Virus record (IMG/VR): IMGVR_UViG_3300046671_000016
Location: 1 to 46,973 of that record
Source of the DNA: a virus
Lineage: Duplodnaviria; Caudoviricetes
Reading direction: 5' to 3' (one strand)
Length of the DNA: 46,973 nucleotides
The translations under genes and the position numbers were made by a program. Below are positions 25,253 through 35,267 of the stretch, in pieces. Under the pieces are notes generated by a model. The model was not told where the DNA came from and searched no databases. It worked only from the letters and a program-made list of their open reading frames with translations. The first letter of the stretch is position 1. Each line of letters begins with the position of its first letter.

Positions 25253-27726
25253 TGGCCGATACCGATACCTCCATCGTCGATGACGAAAGCCTGCCCGCGA
25301 TCATCGAGGGTGAGGTCGCCAACGCCATCGGTCACTGGGATGGCTTGCTCGCAGCCGAACGCAAGATCGAGCTTGACTACTACAACGGTCGCCCGTTCGG
25401 GAACGAAGTCGAGGGCGAGTCGCAGGTTGTCTCAACAGACGTAGCCGATACGATCGAGGGCATCCTTCCGTCAATTCTTCGTATCTTCACCGCCTCTGAC
25501 GATGCCGTGCGTTTCGATGCCAACGGCCCGGAAGATGAAAAAGTCGCGCAGCAGATGTCCGACGTGTGCAATTACGTCTTCTACCGGCAGAATAACGGTT
25601 TTCTCGTCCTCTACGAATGGTTCAAGGACGCGCTGATCCAGAAAAACGGCATCGTCAAATACTGGTGGGAGGACAAGCAGACCGTTTCACGTGAAACGTA
25701 TCATGGGCTGACCGAAGGCCAGTACCTGATGATGAAGCAGCAGCCCGAGATGGAAATTGTCGAAGAAAACGCCTACGACGATCCCGCCGCCGCCCAGCAA
25801 AAGCAGTTCCTGACAGACCAGATCACGCAGACCATTCCCGCCAAGATGCGCGGGCAGGCGCTGGCACAACTAAACGCGCAAAAACTGCCACAGCTCTACG
25901 ACTGTACGCTCAAGATCACTAAGGACGCTTCGAAGTGCTGCATCCAGGCGATACCGCCGGAGGAATTCGGCATCTCAGCCAAGCACAACTGCGTGTCGAT
26001 ACAGGATGCGCCGTTCTGCTATCACCGCTCCAAGCAAACCATCTCGCAACTGCGCGAAGCCGGATGCCCGGAAGAGGTAATCGCCGACATCGCGCAGGAT
26101 AGCGAGGCCGATACGAGTCCAGAGTCGATGGCGCGCGACCGCTTCCTCGTAGACCAGACGCAGCGCGACAACCGCGCGACCGATCCGTCCATGCGCGACA
26201 TCTGGGTGACGGAGTGCTTCATTCGCATCGACTACGACCACGACGGGGTAGCCGAACTGCGCCACATCATCATGCCGGGTCGAACCATCTGGATCAACGA
26301 GGAAACAGAACATATCAATTTCGCCGCTATCACCCCGGTCATAATGCCGCACCGCTGGGTTGGGCGCTCGGTGTCCGAACTCGTCGCCGACATCCAGTTC
26401 ACCAAGTCCGTCATCTGGCGGCAGATGCTGAATAATCTCTACCTCACGAATAACCCGCGCAAGGCGGTGCTTTCTAGCGCCGGTGGAATCGTGCAGGCGA
26501 ACTTGGACGATCTCCTGACCTCTCGCCCCGGCGGAATTGTCAGGGAATACTCCCCGAACGCCGTGCGAGACCTTGAAACACCCTTCGTCGCCAATGCCTC
26601 CTTCCCGATGCTCGAATACATGGACGGGATCAAGGAAAACCGCACGGGTGTCACGCGCTACAACCAGGGTACGGACGCCAACTCGCTCAACAAGACCGCT
26701 CGCGGTATCAACGCCATCATGTCCGCTGGGCAGCAGAGAATCGACTTGATCGCCCGCATCTTCGCCGAGACCGGAGTGAAAGACTTGTTTCGCGGCATCG
26801 CCTACATGCTATCCAAGTATTCGAGCAAGGCGATGACGGTAAAATTGCGTAATAGCTGGGTGGACGTAGACCCACGCGAGTGGAAAACGCAGTTCAACAC
26901 GATCATCAACGTCGGCTTGGGCACCGGGAACCGCGATGTCCAACTCCAGCACCTCTCCGCGCTGCACGAGTCGCAGATCGCCCTTATGAAAGAGGGTCGC
27001 GGCTACATGGTGACGGACGAAAACCTATTCAATCTCTACACGAAGATGTCTGAAGCGATGGGCTTCAAGCATCCCGAGCTATTCGTTACCGACCCGCGCC
27101 AGATCCCGCCGCAAGCGAAGCAGCAGCCCCCCGACCCTGCGGCCATGAAGGTGCAGGCCGACGCTCAAGAGGGCCAAGCGAAACTCCAATTCGGCGCTCA
27201 AAAAGAGCAACTGAACGCCCAAACTCTGACGCAACTAGAGCAGATCAAGGCCAATGCGCTCCTGCGCGCCAACGCAGCGGACAATCAGACGAAAAAAGAA
27301 ATCGCCGCGATGCAACTGCAGCATCAGGCGCAGATCGAGGTGTTCAAGCAGCATGCTGGTCTCAATACCGACTTCGAGAAGTGGAAAGCCGAACTCGATA
27401 ACGCAACGAAGGTGCTGGTCGCGCAGATCTCGGCGAAAGCCGCGCTCGACACGACCGCGATGCAGGCCGAAGCCGCCGCCGACAAGGTTGTCGCGCGCAC
27501 TGAAGCGCCCCTTAAGGAACAAATCTCTAATCAGAGTCAGCAGGTAGTGGATCAGATCGGCGGAATCAGCAAGATTCTCGACAATCTCTCCAAACTTCAC
27601 GCCACGCAGATCCAGATTCACCAGGAGGCGAAGAAAAACGCCGGGGCACCCAAAAAACTCAGCCTAGAGAATATCCAGGTCGGCAAAGACGGGATAATCT
27701 CGGGAGCCACGGTAAAGTCGAGCTGA
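25252..27726 (+). CDS. Portal protein (P22-like, long C-terminal helical barrel)
   Basis: YYNG.PFGNE.EG.SQVVS.DV, FKDAL..KNGIVK, RTGVTRYNQG.D...LNKTA, IARIFAETGVK.LF. Confidence 0.93.
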   Translation: MADTDTSIVDDESLPAIIEGEVANAIGHWDGLLAAERKIELDYYNGRPFGNEVEGESQVVSTDVADTIEGILPSILRIFTASDDAVRFDANGPEDEKVAQQMSDVCNYVFYRQNNGFLVLYEWFKDALIQKNGIVKYWWEDKQTVSRETYHGLTEGQYLMMKQQPEMEIVEENAYDDPAAAQQKQFLTDQITQTIPAKMRGQALAQLNAQKLPQLYDCTLKITKDASKCCIQAIPPEEFGISAKHNCVSIQDAPFCYHRSKQTISQLREAGCPEEVIADIAQDSEADTSPESMARDRFLVDQTQRDNRATDPSMRDIWVTECFIRIDYDHDGVAELRHIIMPGRTIWINEETEHINFAAITPVIMPHRWVGRSVSELVADIQFTKSVIWRQMLNNLYLTNNPRKAVLSSAGGIVQANLDDLLTSRPGGIVREYSPNAVRDLETPFVANASFPMLEYMDGIKENRTGVTRYNQGTDANSLNKTARGINAIMSAGQQRIDLIARIFAETGVKDLFRGIAYMLSKYSSKAMTVKLRNSWVDVDPREWKTQFNTIINVGLGTGNRDVQLQHLSALHESQIALMKEGRGYMVTDENLFNLYTKMSEAMGFKHPELFVTDPRQIPPQAKQQPPDPAAMKVQADAQEGQAKLQFGAQKEQLNAQTLTQLEQIKANALLRANAADNQTKKEIAAMQLQHQAQIEVFKQHAGLNTDFEKWKAELDNATKVLVAQISAKAALDTTAMQAEAAADKVVARTEAPLKEQISNQSQQVVDQIGGISKILDNLSKLHATQIQIHQEAKKNAGAPKKLSLENIQVGKDGIISGATVKSS

Positions 27727-27727
27727 A

Positions 27728-29620
27728 ATGCCAGCGACGGTATCCCATGCGTTGTCGATGACAACGCCCAATGATGCCGCCTTCGAGAATCAGCCGCAGC
27801 ACTGGAATTCATCGCACCTCGTCACATTCAATGCCGTCGGGTCTGAAATATCCGGCGGATTCGCCAATGCGGGTGGTGTTACCTTTGGCTATGACGGCAC
27901 GAACGTAACAGCCGTCGCCCCAGCGGGCGCTCCAAGTCCGATCAATTTCTCTGCCGGGACGACCTCAAGCAATATAGGCTCGGTTGTCTTTAGTAACTCA
28001 AACGGTGTCAGCTTTGGCCTGAACGGCAGCACCATCACCGGGACGGTAGCGACGAACTATCAGAGTCAAGGGGCGTACCTCACGACGGCAGCCCTATCCG
28101 GGGATACGACAAAGTATGCGGGCGTAGGCGAAACCGTAGGAACCGTTGCAGGTACGGATGTCGCCATTACGATGAATACGGACGGGTTGAGCCTTCTCTA
28201 CCCGAAATACATCACGACCGCGATGGCCTCGAATAGGGGCAGCGATTTTGTGCAGGCTACGGCGGCATTTGCCGGAACGAGCGCCTCCGGGACGATTGCG
28301 AGCAACGGCATCTCGGTTAGCATCGGGCCGTATATCACCACGGGAGCATTAAGCAATCACTCGCACGGCGTGACCGCAGCCAATGGTGGCTTCAACTTCC
28401 AGACGCTTTCGTTCTCGAATGCAAACGGCATCAGCTTTGGCACGAGCGCCGGCTCTGCGATCACCGGAAGCCACAATGCGATTACCACTGGACGGGCTTC
28501 GACCGACGCCATCGGCCTAAACACCGCGCAGTCGAATGTCACGTGGACGGTCAATTCTAGCGGCTTGAGCCTCGATGCTCGCGGGTATGCCGGGACTGGC
28601 ACTTCCGCCACGAATGCCTCGATCACGCTCAATAGTGTCGGGCTTGCGATCTCGGTCGCAGCGCCCGGTGCTGGCGTGGCGGCGGGTGTAAGTAATACGG
28701 GTAACACGCTCGGGAATACCGGGACAGTCTCATCCGGGACGCTCGTATTTGCCGCGTCTGGCGGCATCACCGCGAGCGAATCGACAGCAGCCGGTCAGTC
28801 CACCATCTGGTACTCAGCGCCCGCGACCTCCAGCATCGTCGGAACGAGCGGCCTGAGTATTTCAACGGCTGGCAGCACGATTTCAGCCCTGCCCGTAGCC
28901 TTGAGCGTATGGGACCCCTACCCGATCATCACCGGGACGGCTGTTTCGAGTCATGCGCCAGCGTCGTTTTGGTTCAGCAAGATGATCCTCAACTGGCCGG
29001 TGGTGATGAGCTACGCAAACGTGCTGAAATCCTTGAGCGTAGGCGCGCCGGGGATGAGTTCGCAGAACTCCTCGCTCACGAACAAGTTTTCCTACTCGCA
29101 CGGTCTCACGCTATTCACGCGCAACGGGTTTGGCGCCAATTCCAGTCAGATGAGCCAGTGGACGACAGCGAGCTTCGGCATGACAGGCTCACTGTCGCAG
29201 TCCTCAAGCTCCGCAAGCGTCGCGTTGAGCTGGGTGACGAATAGCACGGGCGGCACCACATCGTTTAGCACGACGAGCGGGTCGAATCTGTGGACGAATT
29301 TCTTCACCGGAATGCAGATGTTCCGCATTCCGCTCGTGACGACGCTGACACCGGGCGAGTATTTCATCGGGCAGGCACATTCGAGCACGACAGCGACGGT
29401 GGGCAGCAACTTCACGCTCTTTAGCGTGAGTAACCTGCATATCGCGCCGCAGTCGAACACATTTGCAACGATCACGAGCAGCGGTTCACTGGCCTTCAGC
29501 AGTCCAGAGGGTCACGGGGTGGGAGTGGCTTCAGCTGTCACAACCAATAATACGATGGCGATGTCTGTGATTTCAGCTGGGACACAGAACTGGTGGTACA
29601 TGAACTTCAGCAACACTTAA
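27728..29620 (+). CDS. Ser/Thr/Gly-rich fibre-like structural protein with internal repeats
   Basis: Repeats FANAGGVTFG, VFSNSNGVSFGLNGSTIT and SFSNANGISFGTSAGSAIT; almost no charged residues. Confidence 0.75.
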   Translation: MPATVSHALSMTTPNDAAFENQPQHWNSSHLVTFNAVGSEISGGFANAGGVTFGYDGTNVTAVAPAGAPSPINFSAGTTSSNIGSVVFSNSNGVSFGLNGSTITGTVATNYQSQGAYLTTAALSGDTTKYAGVGETVGTVAGTDVAITMNTDGLSLLYPKYITTAMASNRGSDFVQATAAFAGTSASGTIASNGISVSIGPYITTGALSNHSHGVTAANGGFNFQTLSFSNANGISFGTSAGSAITGSHNAITTGRASTDAIGLNTAQSNVTWTVNSSGLSLDARGYAGTGTSATNASITLNSVGLAISVAAPGAGVAAGVSNTGNTLGNTGTVSSGTLVFAASGGITASESTAAGQSTIWYSAPATSSIVGTSGLSISTAGSTISALPVALSVWDPYPIITGTAVSSHAPASFWFSKMILNWPVVMSYANVLKSLSVGAPGMSSQNSSLTNKFSYSHGLTLFTRNGFGANSSQMSQWTTASFGMTGSLSQSSSSASVALSWVTNSTGGTTSFSTTSGSNLWTNFFTGMQMFRIPLVTTLTPGEYFIGQAHSSTTATVGSNFTLFSVSNLHIAPQSNTFATITSSGSLAFSSPEGHGVGVASAVTTNNTMAMSVISAGTQNWWYMNFSNT

Positions 29621-29649
29621 CATGATAACTATAAAGCCTAGGAACTATC

Positions 29650-30030
29650 ATGCCTACTTGTGTTCATTTGAATTCCATAGACGGATGTCTCCCGACTTAT
29701 GATGCAACGCCGACGCAAATTCTCGCAGTGCCGTGCTTCGAACCGTATGTCACCATGCGCGTTGAAGTGCAGATTATTGCGAGAAGCATGAATAACGTCG
29801 ATGCCAAAACATGGCAGCAGCTGTTGCTGATCGACAAGACATCGGGCGCGACGCCTACGCAGGCTGCAAATATCAGTCTCATGAACCCCGCCGGGACGCT
29901 TGGCGCTGCCGCGTGGACGTTCAGCGTGACGTTCGACGCGAACCACGTCTTCCTCAATGTCATCGGGCAGGCCGCTTCGACGATCAACTGGATGGCTTCT
30001 GCCTGGGGCATGCAGGTTATGGGAGACTGA
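29650..30030 (+). CDS. Small beta-rich putative structural protein
   Basis: AGGA RBS; context. Confidence 0.65.
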   Translation: MPTCVHLNSIDGCLPTYDATPTQILAVPCFEPYVTMRVEVQIIARSMNNVDAKTWQQLLLIDKTSGATPTQAANISLMNPAGTLGAAAWTFSVTFDANHVFLNVIGQAASTINWMASAWGMQVMGD

Positions 30031-30756
30031 TTGGCTCAACCAGTCATCGTTCAAACGAGCGCTCGCCAACGGTATCTCAACGTTGGCGGAGACTCTGTGT
30101 TCGGCAGCAATGTCGCGTCAGGGAATACATCCATTGTCCTTTGTGGCACACATGACCGTTCCAACGCTACGGTTCCGACGGATACCCTCGGTACGGTTTA
30201 TGTGCTGGACGGCTCTTATTTGGAAACGACATTCAGCGGATGGGCCATTGCTGTTTATCGAGGCGTATTCGGTTCAAGTGGGGCCAACACTGTCACTGTG
30301 CCGCGCGCTTCAGCCACTGAAATTAATGTTGTCTGCCACGAACTGAGTTCGATGGCTGCGTCGCCTCTGGACATAACTCCAACTACCACTGGGACGACTG
30401 CAAGCAATTGGGGAACTGCATCGGATACAGTTACTTCCACTGGCACGCTCTCCCAAGCCGATGAGATTGTCTATACCCTTGCAATGGGTCGTTGTGATCA
30501 GACCATTGCAACTGGCTTTGCTACGCTCCCACCTCCGAGCGGATTTACGTCGATTGGAACGGCGTATTTAGGAGATGGCACTACGACCGGCTCTCCTTGT
30601 CATTTCGCCTATAAACTCGTGTCTGCAACAACGGCCGTCGCCCCTGTGTGGGCTGCCACAGAAACGCAGACCAGTCTACAACCATTCGCCGCTATGGCGA
30701 CGATCACTTACAAAGGATTGGCTACTTCGGGGAATATCGCATGGATCAAAGCGTAG
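30031..30756 (+). CDS. Putative structural protein; stand-alone paralogue of the N-domain of 1473..2756
   Basis: GGAG RBS, TTG start; long identical peptide blocks shared with 1473..2156. Confidence 0.8.
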   Translation: MAQPVIVQTSARQRYLNVGGDSVFGSNVASGNTSIVLCGTHDRSNATVPTDTLGTVYVLDGSYLETTFSGWAIAVYRGVFGSSGANTVTVPRASATEINVVCHELSSMAASPLDITPTTTGTTASNWGTASDTVTSTGTLSQADEIVYTLAMGRCDQTIATGFATLPPPSGFTSIGTAYLGDGTTTGSPCHFAYKLVSATTAVAPVWAATETQTSLQPFAAMATITYKGLATSGNIAWIKA

Positions 30757-31457
30757 GAAGGCACAATCAGGATATACAGAAGTCCACCGCCCGCATCATC
30801 GAAGGCGGTTCGTGGAAGCGCCAGCGGGTGGTCATGCTCATCCCAGCGGGCGAGATGATCCCGACGAAGGTGTATCTGAACCATTGCTCGCTCATCTTCC
30901 CGCCGAATCAGCCCGCATACAGGCTTGCGACCGAAGATATGGAAGTAGGCGAGGCGTTCAGTACCTCAATTCAAGGGATACTGGATCATCCAGAGTTCAG
31001 CAAGTGGGAATTCCTGCTTACGATCGAGCACGACAACCTCGCCCCGAGCGACGGCATCGTCAAGCTCATCAAGCGCATGGAAGCGCATCCTGAATTCTCG
31101 GCTATCGGCGGACTCTACTGGACGAAGGGCGAGGGTGGGGTGCCGCAGATTTGGGGAGACCCGAAAGATCCGCTCGTCAATTACCGCCCGCAACCGCCCG
31201 ATCCGAGCGGAGGCTTAGTCGAGTGCTGCGCGACCGGCATGGGCTTCACGCTCTGGCGACTCAAGATGTTCAAGGACGCACGCCTTCGCAAGCCGTGGTT
31301 CAAGACAGTCGCAGATCACACAGGCGTCGGCACCCAAGACCTGCACGCTTGGAGTGACTTCAGGAAATACGGATACCGCTGCGCGATTGATTGCTCATGC
31401 CTTGTCGGGCATTACGACCATGCCGGGGTCTTTGGTCCGGCAAAAACTGTTTGGTAA
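30741..31457 (+). CDS. GT-A fold (GT2-like) glycosyltransferase
   Basis: VMLIPA, FLLTIEHDN (DxD-equivalent), IGGLY, ATGMGFTL, QDL, AID...VGH. Confidence 0.75.
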   Translation: MDQSVGRHNQDIQKSTARIIEGGSWKRQRVVMLIPAGEMIPTKVYLNHCSLIFPPNQPAYRLATEDMEVGEAFSTSIQGILDHPEFSKWEFLLTIEHDNLAPSDGIVKLIKRMEAHPEFSAIGGLYWTKGEGGVPQIWGDPKDPLVNYRPQPPDPSGGLVECCATGMGFTLWRLKMFKDARLRKPWFKTVADHTGVGTQDLHAWSDFRKYGYRCAIDCSCLVGHYDHAGVFGPAKTVW

Positions 31458-31467
31458 AGGACACCAT

Positions 31468-31665
31468 ATGTTCAAACGTGGCGATTTGGTAAAGCACAAG
31501 ATAGGGAAAGACACCTGGATGGTAGAAGAGGTGAAGGAAGAGAAATCATGGCCTTGGAGTAAGCCGCGCACGATAGTTACCGTTCTGCACAGGATTCCCA
31601 ATGGTAGCGGACTCGATTATGGAAATAGTGGGCGCTACGCTCCTGATGAATTAGTCCCCGCATGA
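31468..31665 (+). CDS. Small SH3-like (YodC/DUF2158-like) protein
   Basis: AAGGA RBS; MFKRGDLVKHK...MV...Y.PDEL. Confidence 0.55.
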   Translation: MFKRGDLVKHKIGKDTWMVEEVKEEKSWPWSKPRTIVTVLHRIPNGSGLDYGNSGRYAPDELVPA

Positions 31666-32207
31666 AACGCAAACTCAAGCCCGTTGAAATCGCCGCGCCT
31701 TTGCGCTTGGACCTCGGCTGCGGGAAAAATAAGCAGCCCGGCTTCATCGGAGTCGATGTTATCAAGTTCGACGGCGTGGATACGGCGCTAGATCTTGCTA
31801 AACCGTGGCCGTGGGCCAATGACTCCGTAGAGCAGGTTCACAGCTCCCACTTCCTTGAACATCTCGGAAGCGAACAGCGAATTCACTTTTTCAATGAACT
31901 TTGGCGCGTTCTACGCAAGGACGCAAAGGCCACGATCATCACTCCGCACTGGCGTTCCGGGCGTGCTTATGGAGACCTGACGCACCAGTGGCCTCCGGTG
32001 GTCGAATTCTTCTGGTATTACCTCGACAAAAACTGGCGCGCTGCCAATGCGCCTCACTTGGCTCTGAACTGCGATTTCGCATGCAGTTGGGGCTACAACA
32101 TCGCGGCACCGTGGACATCTAGGAACCAGGAAGTGCAGGGGTTCGCGCTGAATCACTATTCCGAAGTCGCGCAGGACATGATTACGACCGCGACAAAACG
32201 TGGCTAA
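31662..32207 (+). CDS. Class I SAM-dependent methyltransferase (type 11-like)
   Basis: RLDLGCG, GVD, WPW..DSV...SSHFLEHL, ELWRVL, DLTH. Confidence 0.88.
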   Translation: MKRKLKPVEIAAPLRLDLGCGKNKQPGFIGVDVIKFDGVDTALDLAKPWPWANDSVEQVHSSHFLEHLGSEQRIHFFNELWRVLRKDAKATIITPHWRSGRAYGDLTHQWPPVVEFFWYYLDKNWRAANAPHLALNCDFACSWGYNIAAPWTSRNQEVQGFALNHYSEVAQDMITTATKRG

Positions 32208-32610
32208 TTTCGCCTATCAGGTAACGAATTTCGCCTATCAAGGCGCGGGCAAGTTCGCCTATCAAGGATCGACGGATGCTGTTTCTACTCCGCCGGGCGT
32301 CAAGCATCACAGACCTCCGGTCATTCGCTTCAGAGAATTCGAGAAGCGCGAGGACATCGCTGCATTTCTCAAGGCGCAGCTCAAACTGCGGCACCCAGCT
32401 TCCGCTTTCGAGATTGAAGTCGAGCCTGCGCTGGTTGAATCTCAGCGCGAAGCGCGGGCAGAACGCGAGGCTGAAATGCGAGCGAACGCACAGCAGGCCG
32501 AACGCGAGAGTTTGATTTTACGAGAAAAAGAGCGTACAAGGCGCATTACGGACACCAACAATGCCATTTTGTCAATCCTCTTAGCGAGCTACGAAGACGA
32601 TGAGTCCTGA
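32200..32610 (+). CDS. Hypothetical protein with N-terminal FAYQ x3 repeat and coiled coil
   Basis: ANFAYQ VTNFAYQ GAGKFAYQ. Confidence 0.7.
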   Translation: MANFAYQVTNFAYQGAGKFAYQGSTDAVSTPPGVKHHRPPVIRFREFEKREDIAAFLKAQLKLRHPASAFEIEVEPALVESQREARAEREAEMRANAQQAERESLILREKERTRRITDTNNAILSILLASYEDDES

Positions 32611-32887
32611 ACAAGAATTGCAGCGCGCCGAGCAAGCCCGTCAGGTGATGGAAACTCCGCTCGTCAGGGAAACGCTTGAATTGATGGAGCGCGAGATCGT
32701 CGAGGCATGGATCGCCTGCCCCGCGCGCGATACCGAAGGCCGGGATTGGCTCTGGCGGCAAATTGTATCCACCCGCAAGTTCAAAGACACGCTGCGCGGC
32801 GTCATGGAGTCAGGCAAGCTCGCGCAGGCACGGTTGAAAGAGAAGCAAACGCTCGCCGAGCGTGCGCTTAACTTAGTCAGACTATAG
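32600..32887 (+). CDS. Small helical head-assembly-region protein
   Basis: Position directly before the scaffold gene; W...PARD.EGR.WLW...GKLA. Confidence 0.75.
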   Translation: MSPEQELQRAEQARQVMETPLVRETLELMEREIVEAWIACPARDTEGRDWLWRQIVSTRKFKDTLRGVMESGKLAQARLKEKQTLAERALNLVRL

Positions 32888-32898
32888 GAGAATAGAAA

Positions 32899-33909
32899 AT
32901 GCCAGACGCAGGCCAAGCGGCAGCACCCGCAGCCACGGACATCGTACAAAGCATTCAAGCGAAATTGAATCTGGAGCAGCCGACAGAGCCACAGGCTACC
33001 GCTCCAGCAACACCCGCTGAAGGCGAACCTCAACCGGTGCAGGAGCCGGAAGCGACGCCCGAGGCACCAAAGGTCGAAGGGGAAGACGCGCCTAAAGAGG
33101 ACGCTCCGGTGGCGACCGAAATCCCACTCGACCAGTTAGAAGCCATCGCCCTCGAAGTCACCGTAAAGGGCGAGGACGGCAAGGATGTAGTCGAGAAGCC
33201 TACCGTAAAGGAGCTTCGTGAGGGCTACATGCGGCAGAAGGATTACAGCAGGAAGACGGCGGAAGTCGCCAGGCAGCGCGAGGAAGTGGGCAATCAAGTG
33301 CGCCAGGCCGTAGATGGTGAACGAAGCCAGTATGCGAAACAACTCCAGGAACTGCAAAACGTCCTTTTGGAGACCGTAGCCCCGGACTTGAAGGACGTGA
33401 ACTGGAACGATCTGGCGAAGAACGACCCATTCAAGTATGTGGAACTTCGCAATCGCGCCGATCAGATTACAAGCACGCTCTCGAAGATCCAGCAGCAACA
33501 GACGGAATTGACCGCCAAGCAGCAGACCGAGCAAAAGGAGGCGAATCTCAAAGTCGCCGCCAAGACGCTCGAAAAACTGTCAGCGGAGATCCCCGGCTGG
33601 AGCCCCACTTTGTATCAATCGTTGCTCAAGTCCGGCGAAGCGGTCGGATACAAGCACGAAGAAGTGGCGAATTGGATCGACGATAGAGCCATCAGACTGC
33701 TACACAAAGCCTACCTGTATGACCAATTGAAGTCTGACAAACCCGCTGCGGACAAGAAAGTTGTCGTCGCACCTAAGGTTGTGAAACCAGGAGCGGCAAG
33801 CACGGCGACGCAGGCTCAGTCTCGTTACGGAGAGGCGATGAAGCGGTTGGGAAATTCCGGCCGAATTGAGGATGCAGCGGACGCAATCCGCGCCAAACTC
33901 GGCCTTTAG
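32899..33909 (+). CDS. Capsid scaffolding protein
   Basis: Acidic Pro-rich N-terminus; EL..GYMRQKDYSRKT.E; coiled coil; D.R...LLHKA..YDQL; precedes the capsid gene. Confidence 0.88.
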   Translation: MPDAGQAAAPAATDIVQSIQAKLNLEQPTEPQATAPATPAEGEPQPVQEPEATPEAPKVEGEDAPKEDAPVATEIPLDQLEAIALEVTVKGEDGKDVVEKPTVKELREGYMRQKDYSRKTAEVARQREEVGNQVRQAVDGERSQYAKQLQELQNVLLETVAPDLKDVNWNDLAKNDPFKYVELRNRADQITSTLSKIQQQQTELTAKQQTEQKEANLKVAAKTLEKLSAEIPGWSPTLYQSLLKSGEAVGYKHEEVANWIDDRAIRLLHKAYLYDQLKSDKPAADKKVVVAPKVVKPGAASTATQAQSRYGEAMKRLGNSGRIEDAADAIRAKLGL

Positions 33910-33921
33910 CAGGAGAGTGTT

Positions 33922-34887
33922 ATGGCAGTACCAGCAGGAGCGTTTCAGACGTTCCAAAGCATAGGCAACAGGGAAGACCTCGAAGACGAGATATACCAAA
34001 TCTCGCCCGTCGAGACCCCCTTCCTCACGATGGCGAAGCGCACGGAAGCGACAGCCGTCTTCCACGAATGGCAAACGGACGCGCTGGCAACAGCGGCAGC
34101 GAACAGGCAAATAGAAGGTGACGACGCGGCTAACGCTACGTCCACGCCGTCTGTGCGTCTGGGTAACTATCAGCAGATTTCAAGCAAATTTGCAATCGTT
34201 ACCGATACGGAGAACGCAATCAAGAAAGCGGGTCGAGGCAACGAAATGTCCTATCAGATCGCCAAGCGGTTGGGTGAGCTGAAGCGGGAGATGGAACTTG
34301 CCCTGACTCAAAATCAAGGTTCATCGGCTGGCAGCGCTACCGTAGCGCGGTCTTCGGCCTCCGTTGAAGCCTGGATTTTCAGCAATCGCACTTCGCTTGG
34401 AACGGGCACGTCGCAGACGACTCCGGGATTCATTTCCGGTACGGTTGCGGCTCCGACCGATTCCACGGTGACGGGCGCGTTCACGGTAGCATCGTTGAAG
34501 ACGATCATCGCGGCAGCTTGGACCGCTGGCGGGTCTCCTGGGATCATCATGGTGGGCGGCACTCAGAAGCAGGTTGTATCTGGGTTCGCCGGAATCGCCA
34601 CGATCTACCGGGAAGCTGGCAGCACGTCAAAGGGCACGGCGATCGTTGGGGCGGCGGATCTCTACATTTCAGATTTCGGAGAGCACCGCGTTGTCCCCAA
34701 TCGTTTCAGTCGCAACCGCACGGCTTTAGTCCTCGATATGGACTACTGGGCGGTGTCCTACCTGCGGAAGGTTTCCCAAAAGGAAATCGCTCGCACTGGC
34801 GGGGCGCAGAAGCGGTATCTGGACGTGGAGTTCGGTCTGGTATCGCGCAACGAAGCGGCGAGCGGGAAGGTTTCCGACTTGACGTAA
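33922..34887 (+). CDS. Major capsid protein (DUF5309 / SU10-type HK97 fold)
   Basis: GNREDL.D.IY.ISP.ETPF, HEWQTD.L, N..QI..K, ELKR.ME, D.Y.SDFG..VVPNRF. Confidence 0.92.
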   Translation: MAVPAGAFQTFQSIGNREDLEDEIYQISPVETPFLTMAKRTEATAVFHEWQTDALATAAANRQIEGDDAANATSTPSVRLGNYQQISSKFAIVTDTENAIKKAGRGNEMSYQIAKRLGELKREMELALTQNQGSSAGSATVARSSASVEAWIFSNRTSLGTGTSQTTPGFISGTVAAPTDSTVTGAFTVASLKTIIAAAWTAGGSPGIIMVGGTQKQVVSGFAGIATIYREAGSTSKGTAIVGAADLYISDFGEHRVVPNRFSRNRTALVLDMDYWAVSYLRKVSQKEIARTGGAQKRYLDVEFGLVSRNEAASGKVSDLT

Positions 34888-34894
34888 CCATGAG

Positions 34895-34922
34895 GGCTGG
34901 GGGCGAAAGCTCCCAGCTTTTC
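34895..34922 (+). terminator. Intrinsic terminator or attenuator after the capsid gene
   Basis: Stem GGCTGGGGGC-GAAA-GCTCCCAGCT followed by a short T run. Confidence 0.75.
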
Positions 34923-34925
34923 TAG

Positions 34926-35267
34926 ATGGCTGAGAGATTGCTGAGTGTTGATCCGCTGACCGGGATCAGCACGTTTCACGACTATGACGAGGATACCGAC
35001 CAGACGATCATCCGCTACACGGGTGACTGCGAGCCTACGCTGGAAGCGAACAAGGCGCGCGCCAACGATGCGGAGTTCAGTGCAGATGGCATCAGGAGCG
35101 ACATGTGGCTTTTTGCAAGCATCCCTGCGGCTCTTCAGTGCAAGTGGCTGATCGAGGAAGGGCTGGATGTTTATAAAAAGGAACATAGCGACAGATTGTT
35201 CAGGAAACTGAACGATCCCGAGTACAAGTATCTGAAGTGCACGACGGGGAGGCATATCGTTAAATGA
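34926..35267 (+). CDS. Conserved small protein downstream of the capsid gene
   Basis: D.EP.LE.NK...ASIP...W..EG...LNDPEY.YL. Confidence 0.75.
   Translation: MAERLLSVDPLTGISTFHDYDEDTDQTIIRYTGDCEPTLEANKARANDAEFSADGIRSDMWLFASIPAALQCKWLIEEGLDVYKKEHSDRLFRKLNDPEYKYLKCTTGRHIVK

Noticed and set aside
1473-30756. Diversity-generating retroelement or invertible tail cassette explaining the duplicated domain
   Set aside because: No reverse transcriptase or invertase; differences between the copies are mainly synonymous, not adenine-specific; both copies are intact genes in the same orientation
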